Below are positions 52,880 through 64,000 of a DNA stretch of 64,000 nucleotides, in pieces. Every line of letters starts with the position of its first letter. The stretch's first letter is position 1. Both the position numbers and the translations under genes were made by a program. The notes under the pieces were generated by a model. That model ran no database searches, was not told where the DNA came from, and worked only from the letters and a program-made list of their open reading frames with translations. This DNA comes from Macrostomum lignano (lineage: Eukaryota): positions 124,001 through 188,000 of the forward strand of contig NIVC01000604.1 of assembly GCA_002269645.1 (NCBI GenBank), read 5' to 3'.

Positions 52880-53355
52880 AAACACAACCCGTTTTTTGGG
52901 CAATTTTTTTGTCACTTAACTAGTCTTCAAGATAGCTGTGAAAGCTAATAGTACTAATATAGCTTAGTGGCTTAATGGAAAGATTTTAATAGAGAAAACA
53001 GCCCTAGCATAACTTTGGTAGCATAACAATGGGATTTATAGAGACAGAGGAAAACACCCTGTTACATTTGCTAGCTAATTCATTTTTTGATGCTACATAC
53101 AAGGCTCTTTTACTTTATCTATTTTTTGCCTTTTTCAATAAGCTTATCTGCTTTATTTAATTTACTTTTCTTCTATTATTTATTTCAAGGTATTTTGATG
53201 CTACATATAACATACTTACAATATTTTTATTTAGCAAGCATTTATTGACTTTCTTTATATTTTTTTAATTTCTCTTTGACACTTTAAATAAAGGTCATTT
53301 AGGGCTACTTATACAGTTTGATTTTGCATTTCTTAATATCTAACTCATTTTAATA

Positions 53356-53935
53356 TACAAGGGGTGCTCTGATATTTTCTGGATGCAGCAAGATGATTTG
53401 TTTTAGGGTTTAGATATTTTATTTATTGGCATAAAATTATGTTCTAAGTTGTACCTCCAATTTTAGCCATAGATGGGTTTGCTACCTTGAGCTATTAGAT
53501 TTTTTTCATTGTATCCCCACCTAGGAACACATAGTAGCCATGGAACTCTCTTGTGAGCATTTTAGAGCCATGATTTATTATGACTACAAAATGGCTTCAT
53601 CACCCCAAGAATCACTAAATTGGCTTCAATGCTATTTTTAAGACTCTGCACTATTATAGACAACAGTTTTTGACTAGTATACGGAATTCAGATGCAGTCA
53701 ATAGCACCTCCAATATGAGCCCTGTTGTGACAGGCCTGCAACTACAGTTACCCAGCAAATCATTAATGAGGCAATGCGGCTTATCTTGGAGGATTCTCAA
53801 ATCACCTACCGCTAGCTTAGGCAAGCCTGGAGATTGGATTGGGGGCACTTAATGAGATCCTGCACCAACACCTTTGAGTGCAAAAGAGGTGTGCCTGGTG
53901 GATCCCCACTGCCTCACTGCTAACCGGAAGACTTG
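53356..53935 (+). mobile_element. Decayed mariner transposon (5' part)
   Basis: From ATG 53540, across two frameshifts and several stops: MELSCEHFRAMIYYDYK...TTVFD*YTEFR...RPATTVT...LILED...ITYR...LNEILHQHL*VQKRCAWWIP, matching the mariner HTH region and the CARWVP motif. A TIR-like TACAAGGGGTG begins near 53354. Confidence 0.75.
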
Positions 53936-54006
53936 GTGCTGATGTTTTAATTATTTTGTTTATAAATTTAATAATTTCAGTGTACTCACAATAAAGTTAT
54001 CAAACC

Positions 54007-55350
54007 ATGCCCATGAAATGTTGTATACCATCTTGTAGAAGTAATTATTGCAATGAAGATAAGGTAGCTAAATTTGGCTTTCCTAAGGATGAGGCTAAGC
54101 ATTGCCAATGGATTAATACATTGGCATTATCTAATAAGGTGAATAAAATGACCTTTTAATGAGTTACTTTTATCTTTAAAAGTAAATAATAGTGATTAAT
54201 ATTTTTTGAATAATTAAGAATTACATAAAAATATTCAACTTTTAAAGTAATATCTAAATTTCCAAATGGCTCTAAGGGCCTTTTCATATTACCAATTCCA
54301 GAATCAGAATCAGTTCGGAATTCCAAGAAAAACAGCAATATAACTATTAAACTCTGTTAATATTTGACTGCCTTAACAACCTAACTTAGCACAATTTTTC
54401 ACTTTCTTATTGGCGATTGTCATTCAATAATAAAACTTTATAGCACATATCTCCCTCTAGTTATAGAGACAAAAAGTTATACTTCACAAATTGGTTCTGG
54501 TTCTGGAACCAGAACAAGCAATATGAAAAGGCCCTAAGTTCATGGGCATTTTTAAAAGCATTGGGAAGATGATGCCCCCATGGTAAAAGTCAAGCAGTTT
54601 ACAAGACCTAGGGACCCACCTTCTATTTTTCAATTGGCTAAGAGAAGTGATATGCGCCAAATATATCCAAGTAAGTACAATAATATAATATACTCAATCA
54701 TACAGCATGTTAATTTAGCTATAGCTAAAGTTGGATTGCCTTTATAATTGGTTGTTATTTGTACTTTAAGTTTTTTTAGAGAAATCAAGGTAGGCTACTA
54801 AAAGAGGCATTTCCTTGCAACCAGATGAATTGCCTGCATTTAATAAAGCAGATTGAATCTATTTGTGGAATGCCTTCCAAGTTGCTGCTTTAGCTTTTCT
54901 CTTTTTAGTTGGCTGGCTAATGCAAGTTTTGGATTCAAATGTTTTGTTCTTGACCATATTTGAATGTGCTATTGAGTTCTATATCTGTATTAATTGTGAC
55001 TTTACTATTAGGTCTATTGACAAAAAAGTGTTGTCAAGGTAATTGACCTCCTAGGATTTCAATAGAAACTAGAATACTTTAGTCAACTTGAAGCTATTGT
55101 AAATAGGGTCAAGCAAGCCCCATTGATAGTTAGTGATGAAATCAAGTCTAGTGTGATAACTTTTCATAAGTTGCCAAGTAGCTCCAAGCAACTGTTTCTT
55201 TTTCATCAACTGGAATTGTCCTTATTATCAAATGGGCACTATTATAATTCAATAGACATTTTAACTGCTATGAAGATTTTCCTATCTGGCATTAATGCCT
55301 ATTGGTCAACAAGGAGCCTACCCCATGCTACAACTCTAAAGCTCTAAATG
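54007..55350 (+). pseudogene. Decayed THAP-domain / P-element-like transposase relic
   Basis: MPMKCCIPSCRSNY...FGFPKDEAKHCQWI (54007-54150) and KHW...RPRDPPSIF (about 54555-54630) resemble the two halves of a THAP finger. ORF 55123-55347 (HQLELS...GHYYNS..AMKIFLSGINAY..TRSLPHATTLK) resembles the pre-catalytic region of P/THAP9 transposases. Confidence 0.55.
54276..54534. mobile_element. PIF/Harbinger-type MITE
   Basis: 15-bp perfect TIR GGGCCTTTTCATATT, flanked on both sides by TAA (54273-54275, 54535-54537). Confidence 0.75.
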
Positions 55351-55585
55351 TGGTCTTAGTAACATCGGAATAGACTTAGATTGTCAAACCATTGTGAGTA
55401 CACATTTTGGCCATCATAGAAGTTGTGTATTATTATTTTTGACAAACAGACAAAGTATACTCAGTATATTCTACTATTAGCTCATTTCCAAGGTGGACAT
55501 AAAGTTGGCTATGCTGGGAATATAACAACATAATTGGCTTGTACTATCCTTGCCTTAATGATAAAGCCATTCATAGGAGCCCAAT

Positions 55586-55772
55586 CAGGGGCATAGTGAG
55601 GAATTTCCTATGGGGAGATACACCAAGGTGAATTTTCTGAGGGGATACACCAAGGTAAAAGTGCTATGACAGAATCACATGGTAGCATGTATAGCAACAA
55701 AGAGTAACAAAAAAGTTTTGGTCAGGCTCTTTGGGGGGATATACCCCCTATCCCCCTCTCCCTTTGCCCCTG
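55586..55772. mobile_element. hAT-type MITE (old)
   Basis: Ends CAGGGGCATAG ... CTTTGCCCCTG; 8-bp TSD AGCCCAAT/AACCCAAT (1 mismatch). Confidence 0.6.
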
Positions 55773-56518
55773 AACCCAATCATTTATGGCTAGGCTAATT
55801 TCTATTTATAGTTTAAAACCAAACTTCTTATTCCAACAAATTGTAAAACTAATTAGAGTTATTAATCAATGCAATGGGTAGGTTGCAAGTCTCATTTGTG
55901 ACAATCATTTTATCTATCATATTTGTGACCAAGTTTCAGTTAGACAATATGGATATACCTTGAAAGGCAATTAACCTAGTAGATCAAAGCTATTATATGA
56001 CACAGTTTATCTTTTGAAAAACCTATGCAATAATTAGTATACTGAAGGTACAAAGATTATTGACTTTTAACTTTCAACAGAAAGGCCTATTTAAATTTAT
56101 TAGCTAATTGGAATGATACTAAAGATACTGAGTAGAAATCATAGCTTTATATTTTTCAACCTATAACACAATCCACAATCTGGCTATCCATCTCCACTGG
56201 AACATCAGAAGGCATCTTTAGTTCTTTAAGTTTTTAATAAAAAGACAATTGCTGCTCTTTAACTTCATGGGTTTCATGGTACAGCCACTTACCCACTTTT
56301 ATAGATTTTATCCTTAAGTTTTAGAAAGTAGTTAATGTAAAATCAACAATATCTTATATACAGCTGCATGATGATACCCGTAGTCCAATTTTCTTAGAAT
56401 AATCAAGTAATATTAAGTTACTAAATATTTTTGCTGAAGTATTAGAATGGATGCCTAGAGGTTGAGGACCTGGACATTTACAATTGCTTACTTAAGAAAC
56501 TTGCAAGGCTGCTATATA

Positions 56519-57140
56519 CAGGGTACAGATAGTAAATTGGCAGTAGTTTTAACCATAGGCCACTTTGCTCCTATATAACCTACGGGCACCAAAATTTACA
56601 TAGGTATACTTTATGAAACCAAAATTTACAGCTATTGAGTCAGATCTTATTATACTAGCAATGTCAAAGGAATATGACATGAGAGCTACTATCATATCAG
56701 GACTGCGCACCGGAAGGTCAGCTAGAAAGATTGCACAAGCACAATTCCACAACATCCCTGAGTGCACTGTGTATCAAATTGCAAAGCAGTTTCAAGAAGC
56801 AGAGGATGTTGAAGAAGCTCTAGCACCTTAGTGCAAGGTGCATGCTCCCTGTTTGGACAAGACAAGGACACCAGCATTCATTGAAAGGCTGCAAGGACTG
56901 ATTGATCAAGATCCTTTGCAGTCCATGTAGCAGCTGGGCCGAATGCTGAAAGTGGATAAAAAGACAGTTTGAAAGGCAGTGCTAGAAGACCTGCACTACC
57001 ATTCTTACTCGCTGAAGGTTAGCCAGCTCCTCACTCTGCAGCAGAAGAGTTAGGCATATTGCCTGCTGCTAGTTGTTGCTGTCATTGCTAAAGCATGAAG
57101 TGGCTGGGCTCATTTGCTTTAGCGATGAGAATTTTTTTAG
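56519..57140 (+). mobile_element. Decayed maT/DD37D-like Tc1-mariner transposon
   Basis: TA|CAGGGT start at 56519. Translation MSKEYDMRATIISGL...RTPAFIERLQGLIDQDPLQSM*QLGRMLKVDKKTV*KAVLEDLHYHSY...LKHEVAGLICFSDENFF includes the first catalytic FSDE motif. Confidence 0.7.
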
Positions 57141-58442
57141 CTATCCAAACAAGGCCACATGAACAGTTCCGGCCAAAGTCATCATATTCGAGATCATCAT
57201 ATGCGGCTTACGAGAAAAACAACTAAATTATCTACATTGTTATCATCTCAATATTGGACAATGCTCCATTCACTAAATCGTCATATTGTGTTGCATTGGC
57301 TGCGCAAGGATCTTAGCTCATGGTGGCAGCGTGTTCTTGTTTGCCAACAAATTAAAATGATTTACAGTGTATTCTCAGTAGTCATATGTGGCAGTCGGGT
57401 GCCACTTAATTGATATTTGAACTAATAACTGTTATTTTAATAACTCATTTAAAAGGAAAACTGCTATAAACATTTAATTTTTGTCTACTCATTGTTTAAT
57501 TTTTGTCACATTTCCATTGACTGGAGGTTTCAGAAATTGTTCTGTTCTTCCTTTGGTTGGAAAAGTAGTTTTCTTCTACTGGAATCTTGGTCAAAACTTT
57601 TGTTTTAATTTTGTCGCTTATATGTTTGTGAGCCATTCCATTGGTAGTCTCCATGCATGGGATTTTTGGTCCAGTAGTATGTCCAGTGGCATCCCCACCC
57701 ATTGATTGTAACCTCCTTTTTCAATATTTATACTGACTTGATGTGTTGCCTAATTTTCAACCCCCTTTTCCTTTTGTCTTTTTCCTTTTGTGTTTGACAG
57801 TTTAGTTCAAATTTATTTATTAGTTTTGCACACTGGTGCCAGCAAACTTCATCCTTGTTTGAAAACTAAATCTAGTAATTAGTTTGGACTGGATTAGTAG
57901 GCCCTACCCAATTTGTTTTGATTACCAAGTTATTAAATTTTCTTTCTCCACCCTTCCTCACATGCAACAATAAGGGGTGAATCAGCATTAATTGACACAG
58001 TTAATATAAAAATTACAGGTGCATGCAAGGAATTTTTGCCTGAAGGTAGGAAAATCCTAAATTAATACATCTTTTCCTTTGGTCAAAGTTGTCATATTTA
58101 AATGTTTAAGTCTTAGATTTGTTCAAGTCGTCATCATCATATGACAATTTTGAATATGACGATTTCGGCTGCACCCACATGAACAAGTATTAATGGTTCC
58201 TTCATTTTCCAGGGGTTCAGCAACTTTCTCTACTGGGTGGCACACTATTTATTGTCTTATTGACTTGCTTGACTGACTTACTGACTTGCTTGCTTATTGT
58301 CTTATTACTGCTTATTGCTAAATTGCTTGCTGCACCTGCACTTATAATGATCCCACTTATAACGCCTGCACTTAAAAATCGTTATTAGGTGGTTATGGGC
58401 ATGGCCAGACGCCCAGATGTGTAGATATATCCTTTTATAGTT

Positions 58443-59034
58443 GGCAGTGCTTATCCCCACGGTACCGTAGGAATAATTTCTGTCTTATTCCAACGGTACC
58501 GTGGGGATAATTTTCTGCTTATCCGCACGGCACACTGACGAGATAGCTGCCTATCTTCTACATATGCCGTGGGTTCATAATTTAGTTTAGTACTTACGGT
58601 TTGAGTGCAATATAACAACATAACTTTGCTTGGCTATTATTTTGATAGAAGTAAAGATTTAATGGCCTTTTTACGCAAAAAAACACTTTTTTGTATTTAT
58701 GACATATGATTTAAGATGAATTGCTCTAGTAATTGTTTACAATTTAGGAACTTTTAGCAACTAGTCTAATCCCGACATCCCCGAAAAGTCCATTGCCGCT
58801 GCTTCTGTAGACTTCTTACTAGACATGTAAATTCTCAATTTGTTTGTATAGATTATTGCATTGCTTCAACAATTCACCCGTGCGGATAAGCAGAAAATTA
58901 TTCCCACGGCATATGTAGAAGATGGGGCAGCTATCTCGTCAATGTGCCGTGCGGATAAGCAGAAAATTATCCCCACGGTACCGTTGGAATAAGACAGAAA
59001 TTATTCCTACGGTACCGTGGGGATAAGCACTGCC
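58443..59034. mobile_element. Mutator-like MITE
   Basis: About 130-bp TIRs (58443-58573, 58903-59034) starting GGCAGTGC, with internal GGTACC subrepeats. Perfect 9-bp TSD TTTATAGTT (58434-58442, 59035-59043). Confidence 0.85.
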
Positions 59035-59689
59035 TTTATAGTTTAGGCCTATAGCTAAAATTATTTATGGTTATGATAATTAAAATTAAATAAAACATTA
59101 ATAAAAATTGTTAACCGCACCACAACTGGAAATTAGGTGAGGAGCGGATTGGAGACCAAGGCCAACAGCTAGACGCAAGGCAAGGGGGCGGTCTGACAGT
59201 CAGTGACAGATCCCAAGATCCGGTCTTGTATTTAACTTGGGTAAAAGGTCACCGAACTTGAATTTTTTCCAGGTCTTCACTCTCTGCCAAACAAAAGATG
59301 TTGCTTCTTCTTGTACTGTTTCTTCAATGTTTTTTACTGTTCTGAACATGGAGTGGAGGCGGAATGGATTGGAGAGTAGTGTCAGACAGCCATAAGATTT
59401 AAATTGTACGTACGTAATTTTTCATATATTACAAAAATTGCATTTGAATAAAAAAGAAGGCACAATACGGCACATAGAACTCTAGTATAAGTAAAAGATT
59501 AAAGCTAATAATTTAATTTTTAAAAAGTTAATAACTTTTATCCAACTAAAAACTTTTCAGTGATTTACTCAGTGACCTATTTGATTTACTGACTGTATGC
59601 TTTGCTTCCTCTATTCTGAAATTTAAATTCAATTTCACTCGCCTTTGCACGTAGCTCTCAATTAGCCCAAGGATCGTTGAGTGAGTCAC

Positions 59690-59830
59690 TTAGCAGCACC
59701 GGTGCCGGTCACATCGGCGAAAAGGCATTTCGACGAAAGCCTCTTCGGCAGTCAAAGGTCACGCCGTCACGCATAGTTCACTCACCATGGCGCACCTGCA
59801 CCACAGCAGCTCCTGCTTCGGAGTAAGACC
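59690..59830. other. CpG-rich island, candidate first exon of an unidentified gene
   Basis: CG-rich patch in CpG-depleted DNA. + strand: caccATG(59787)-MAHLHHSSSCFG|GTAAGA donor at 59823. Minus strand: gccATG(59788-59786)|GTGAGT. Confidence 0.4.
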
Positions 59831-60362
59831 CTATACTAAGTATGCCGAATTTCAATGCTAAACACCTAACAGCGTAAGACTAAATGAGTGCTTCCTAGAT
59901 TTAATAAATAGTTTTGGAGAGTTAGTAGGTAGTTTACATGGTGTTTAGCAAATTATTAGTATTGTGATTGATTGTTTCAAAATAACCATTTTGGTTTAAT
60001 TAGACTTAGGCCACACGCCCACACTTCGCCTTTGGATCATGTAGTAGGCCTATACATGCCCAAAAAATTTGGTCACATTCTATACCAGCTATTCTATGTC
60101 ATAGCATTCCAACATGCCACTTTTGGCGTGCAATACCCAAATACACGCAAATGCATGCCACAATTTTTAGGCCAAATAAAATGTATGCCACAATTTTCTG
60201 CTTCTGGCATGATGTATGACTTCTAGAGTATGGGATAGTGACTGGACTGGACAGACATGGCCTCTATGGGTTAGGAGGGTAAGGCCACACTCTTATCATA
60301 TAATTGATTAGTATATGCCCAAAAAATTGGGCATACAATGATGTACATAATTGGCATGCATC

Positions 60363-60541
60363 CAGGGACTACTCAAACACAGGGACGGGAAACTAAATTT
60401 TTTTACAAGGCTGGCTGGCAATTATTTTCATTAGAGAGATGCTGTGTTACTTTGTTGTCTATGGTTATTTTCTACTGCTGATGATAGACCAGCCTCATAA
60501 AAAAATCCTGGTTTCCCGTCCCGGTGTTTGAATAGTCCCTG
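60363..60541. mobile_element. hAT-type MITE
   Basis: 31-bp TIR CAGGGACTA(C/T)TCAAACAC(A/C)GGGACGGGAAAC; perfect 8-bp TSD CATGCATC (60355-60362, 60542-60549). Confidence 0.85.
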
Positions 60542-60831
60542 CATGCATCACTCTTAAAAAATAGTATATATACACACCTGGCATAGAATCATATAAAAAG
60601 TTATTGTGAAGTACAAAGAAAAAAAGAAAGTTCATTTTTTGGGTGTAAATTTCAAGCTTTGCAGTTTTTTAGCACATAATAAAGTAGTTAAATATATCTT
60701 TGTGTAATTGATTTTCTGCTATAAATAGTACTGCCAAAAAGCATAAAAATCAATTAAATTATAAGCCAAAATTGGTTCAATATGCAATTTATAAAAAGGC
60801 TATTTATTGTCACAATGGCATGCAATTTCAC

Positions 60832-61460
60832 ACAAGTATAACTTTGGCTATCAACTTTTCCGTTAACTTTTCTGTTAACTATTCCGTCAACTATTCTATT
60901 AACTTTTTGTGTTAGTAGGATAAATAACTTTATCCATTAACTATTCTGTCAACTTTTCCGTTAACTTATCAACAAGTATGCAAGTCCGTAAAATATTCTA
61001 TCAAAAATTTTGTGTTCTCTAAATCGAAAGTGATAATTTTTGCATAAGTGCAGTTTCCTTTGTAATTTTTTATACATGTTTTAAATTTGTTGAGTATACA
61101 TATGCATGTATAAATTATAAATAAAAAACACATGCAAAAATTTCCAGTGCAACATGTTCCAGAATTTAATTGGTATTGCTGTACTACCTGCACTATAACA
61201 TCTGCACTTGTTCTTTGATTTATCTTTGTGAAATAAAGCGCTAGTACTAGGGAAAATGGAAAAGATGCACATTGTTATTAACGCAAGCTTGTTTTTTCAT
61301 TGATATATAAGCATGCAAACACAATAAATGATCAAAGAGCTACTCGCATGATGATCCTATTTGAGAAAGTCACATATGTTTTTACAGAACAATAAATTGT
61401 TAACGGAAAATTTGACGGAATATTTGATGGAAAAGTTGATGGCCAAAAAGTTATACTCGT
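60832..61460. mobile_element. Non-autonomous TIR element, probably Mutator-like
   Basis: Inverted ends A(C)(A/G)AGTATAACTTT..GGC(T/C)ATCAACTTTTCC with subterminal repeats; 9-bp TSD CAATTTCAC/CAATTTTAC (1 mismatch). Confidence 0.6.
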
Positions 61461-61562
61461 CAATTTTACCAATTTTATTAATTTTACCAATACAAAATTG
61501 GTATTCAACTTTTTATGTGCATTTGTAGTTATTCAATTTCTATTTAGGCATATGAGGTCAAG

Positions 61563-61919
61563 CAGGGTTTTTTGTGCAGTGTGTGTATGCACCCTAAATT
61601 TTAAAATCGCACCCTGAAATTAAAAAAGTAGGTGCAGTTTAGGTGCGGTCTTATAACCATTTTTTAAAAGGCTTAACCATCCTTAAGCTATTTTTCATGC
61701 ACTGCCTTAAAATATGAAACAAAATAACTCTTTAAATCCTATTAAGTCATATAGGCGATATAGCCTATGGCTATATCCTTATGTAAGATATTAAAATATA
61801 CATTCCCAGTTGTCTGAAACAAGACTCAAGAGAAATTGCACTCTGAGTCTTAAAATCGCACCTTGAAATTTGGCACAAGGTGCGATTTTGCACCTTGTCT
61901 CTGGCGAAAAAAAACCCAG
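61563..61919. mobile_element. hAT-type MITE (old)
   Basis: Ends CAGGGTTTTTT ... AAAAAAAACCCAG; internal repeated AAAATCGCACC(C/T)TGAAATT; 8-bp TSD AGGTCAAG/AGGCCAAG. Confidence 0.55.
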
Positions 61920-62589
61920 AGGCCAAGGGACTTTGGCAATTAGGTTCCATGTGGGTTCTAGTTAATTCATTTGTTTTAGCTATTCAAATTGGTGTGGTTT
62001 TGACAATTTAAACAAACTTAAGCAAAGATCTCGGCTTGCAGATGATGGGAAGCTCTGGCTGCTGAGTTCCTCAGGCTCAGGGGGGTAGCTGTGGTTGTGG
62101 CTGAGCAGTCTAGTTTTGCCGACAATCAGAATGCCAAATGTAGAAATTCGTAGCCAATATAAAAAACTTCAAAATAAGCTAATTTGTCAGGAGTGTTACA
62201 CTGCTACTATAGTAGTAGTTTGCTGCCACCATTGCAGTTATATGCGGTAAAAGTTCTAAAGCTCAAAACTAGCTCAAGTTTGCTTTAAGACTTCTCTTGA
62301 GCCCACTAAGGGTCAAATAAAGCTTCCAAGGTCACAAAGGCTAAGACACCATTTCAAAACAAGGTTAAATTTGCTGGCATATTAAAGGGCTAAAAACTGA
62401 GTAAATATTATTATTGTACCAACACAGAGTTCGAGCACACGCAACTATAAGCAAGTTCACTATTGTCAAATTAGTAGCAACTTAAATTGATGGGTTGGAC
62501 AAAGAGCTGGTTGGGTTGGGATGCTAGGCTTACAACTAGGGGCAACTTGTATTAGGCTAGAGATGTACTGGAGATGGACAGTACTACAA

Positions 62590-62712
62590 GAGTCGGGTGG
62601 TTCCACACAAGAGTTGGGTAAAGCCACTTGAGAGTTGGGAAAAGCCACACGAGAGTTGGGTAAAGCGACACAAGAGTTGGGTAAAGCTACACAAGAGTTG
62701 GGTAAAGACACA
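62590..62712. repeat. 21-bp tandem repeat (about 5 copies)
   Basis: Unit CACAAGAGTTGGGTAAAGC(C/G/T)A. Confidence 0.8.
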
Positions 62713-63515
62713 AGGGTCTGGCTAGGAAAGGTGGGGTGCAGACTCTTAAATAGGCTCTCATGAGCCACTGGGAGGAAAAGGGTTACCCTGAGTGGGACAA
62801 GAAAGACACAGCAGCCCCGCCTACCACATATGCATCTAGCATGATTTGGACTATGTGGGTGAGATTAGCAAGGGCATTTTTAGAGATCATTGAATATCCT
62901 ACTAGTGCCACTCTTATTTGAATGCCACTATATGTGCTAGAATCTATCAGTTGTAAGCAATTTTTGAGACTTGCAATATAAGGCAAAAATGTTTAGCAGA
63001 TTTGTCAAATATGTTGTTATAGTTTTCTGTTTAGGCCATGCAGGAATAATTTAGTTTCTGTAGTATTCCAAGAGAGCTATACCATAGATGCTGCTAAGGT
63101 TGCCAATGGAGCTAGGCCTAATATTTGGCTTTTTGCCAAGCAAATCCATGCCAAGAAAATGCTTGCTAAGCTGATACCTAATATTAATGAAAAAGAAATA
63201 GGCCAAATATTATCTTTTAGACCTAACAAAAATATTTTTTTCATGATATTTTTTCTTTTTACTAACCTTATAGTACTAACAATAATAATATAGGCCTCTA
63301 TTTGCTTTTTATTCTATTCTATGACTATATAGAATAAATGCCTTGCATTTTTTATTTATCTATAAGTAAAGAAACCTTTTTTATTTAACTAAGCTGATTT
63401 AAGCTGCTTTTACACCCTTTGGCATACAGGGTGTTGACAGTCTCCTTATTCTCCTATTTTTTTATTTATATTTTAAAAAGCATTTTTTTTGTTAGTTGAA
63501 ATAACAAGAAAGTTA

Positions 63516-63782
63516 TCCAATATACTAAAAATGAAAATCTTGCTTGCTTGCTTGTAATCGATTAGAGAAAAAATGGCTTAACCGATTTTCATGAGACTTG
63601 CACTGTTCGATCAGAAATTTTCCCGTGACGGTACATGTGTCTTGGCTAAGAAATTGCTCGATGCTAAATGCATTAAATACTCGAAAAACATGCTTTTATG
63701 CAAAGGTCAAGCAAACTTTTCGACTTGAAATGCATTGTAAGAATGCTAGAGAAAAAATTGACTGGTTGAATTCTGATTCTGA
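63516..63782 (+). mobile_element. Non-autonomous Helitron-like fragment, copy 2
   Basis: A|TCCAATATACTAAAAATGA start (TC 5' end after A), (TGCT)n, then AAAAATGGCTTAACCGATTTT; homologous to 1018-1293; may continue to the right. Confidence 0.6.
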
Positions 63783-64000
63783 AATAGATTGCATCATAAC
63801 TGAATTGTAACTCCGACTTGAATTGCGTCACAGTATTGAAAATGCAGTGTGGAAGCGTAGCACCAGACTTGATTTAGATTGCGTAACCATATTGTCAACT
63901 TTAATTGAGACTGATACTGACTTGCCTGGGAAATTGATTATGTCATAACTGCTTCGTGAGTGAGTGTTAAATTTTATATAAGTGCTACAATATTTCATTA

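Overview
Eukaryotic (metazoan) genomic DNA with GT-AG introns, GC-rich exons and very dense minisatellites. The style resembles a free-living flatworm such as Macrostomum, but that assignment is inference only. Three spliced genes can be rebuilt with consistent intron phases: VPS26 (+, 2487-4924), a Cdx/caudal ParaHox homeobox gene (+, 19466-26272) and a Shark/HTK16-type SH2-ankyrin-SH2-tyrosine kinase (-, 47078-40381). About 25 different tandem arrays (4-84 bp units) fill introns and intergenic DNA and explain most long ORFs in the track. From about 47.4 kb to the end, and in 1-1050, the DNA is AT-rich and almost free of CpG. It holds decayed mariner, maT and THAP/P-like transposase relics, several MITEs with target-site duplications (hAT, Mutator, PIF/Harbinger) and Helitron-like fragments. 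It also holds one nearly intact Chapaev-like transposon of the Transib/RAG1-related group (49979-52879), whose ~705-aa transposase is broken only by a 4-bp duplication. The relics show C>T changes at both CpG and CpA, a RIP-like hypermutation pattern.
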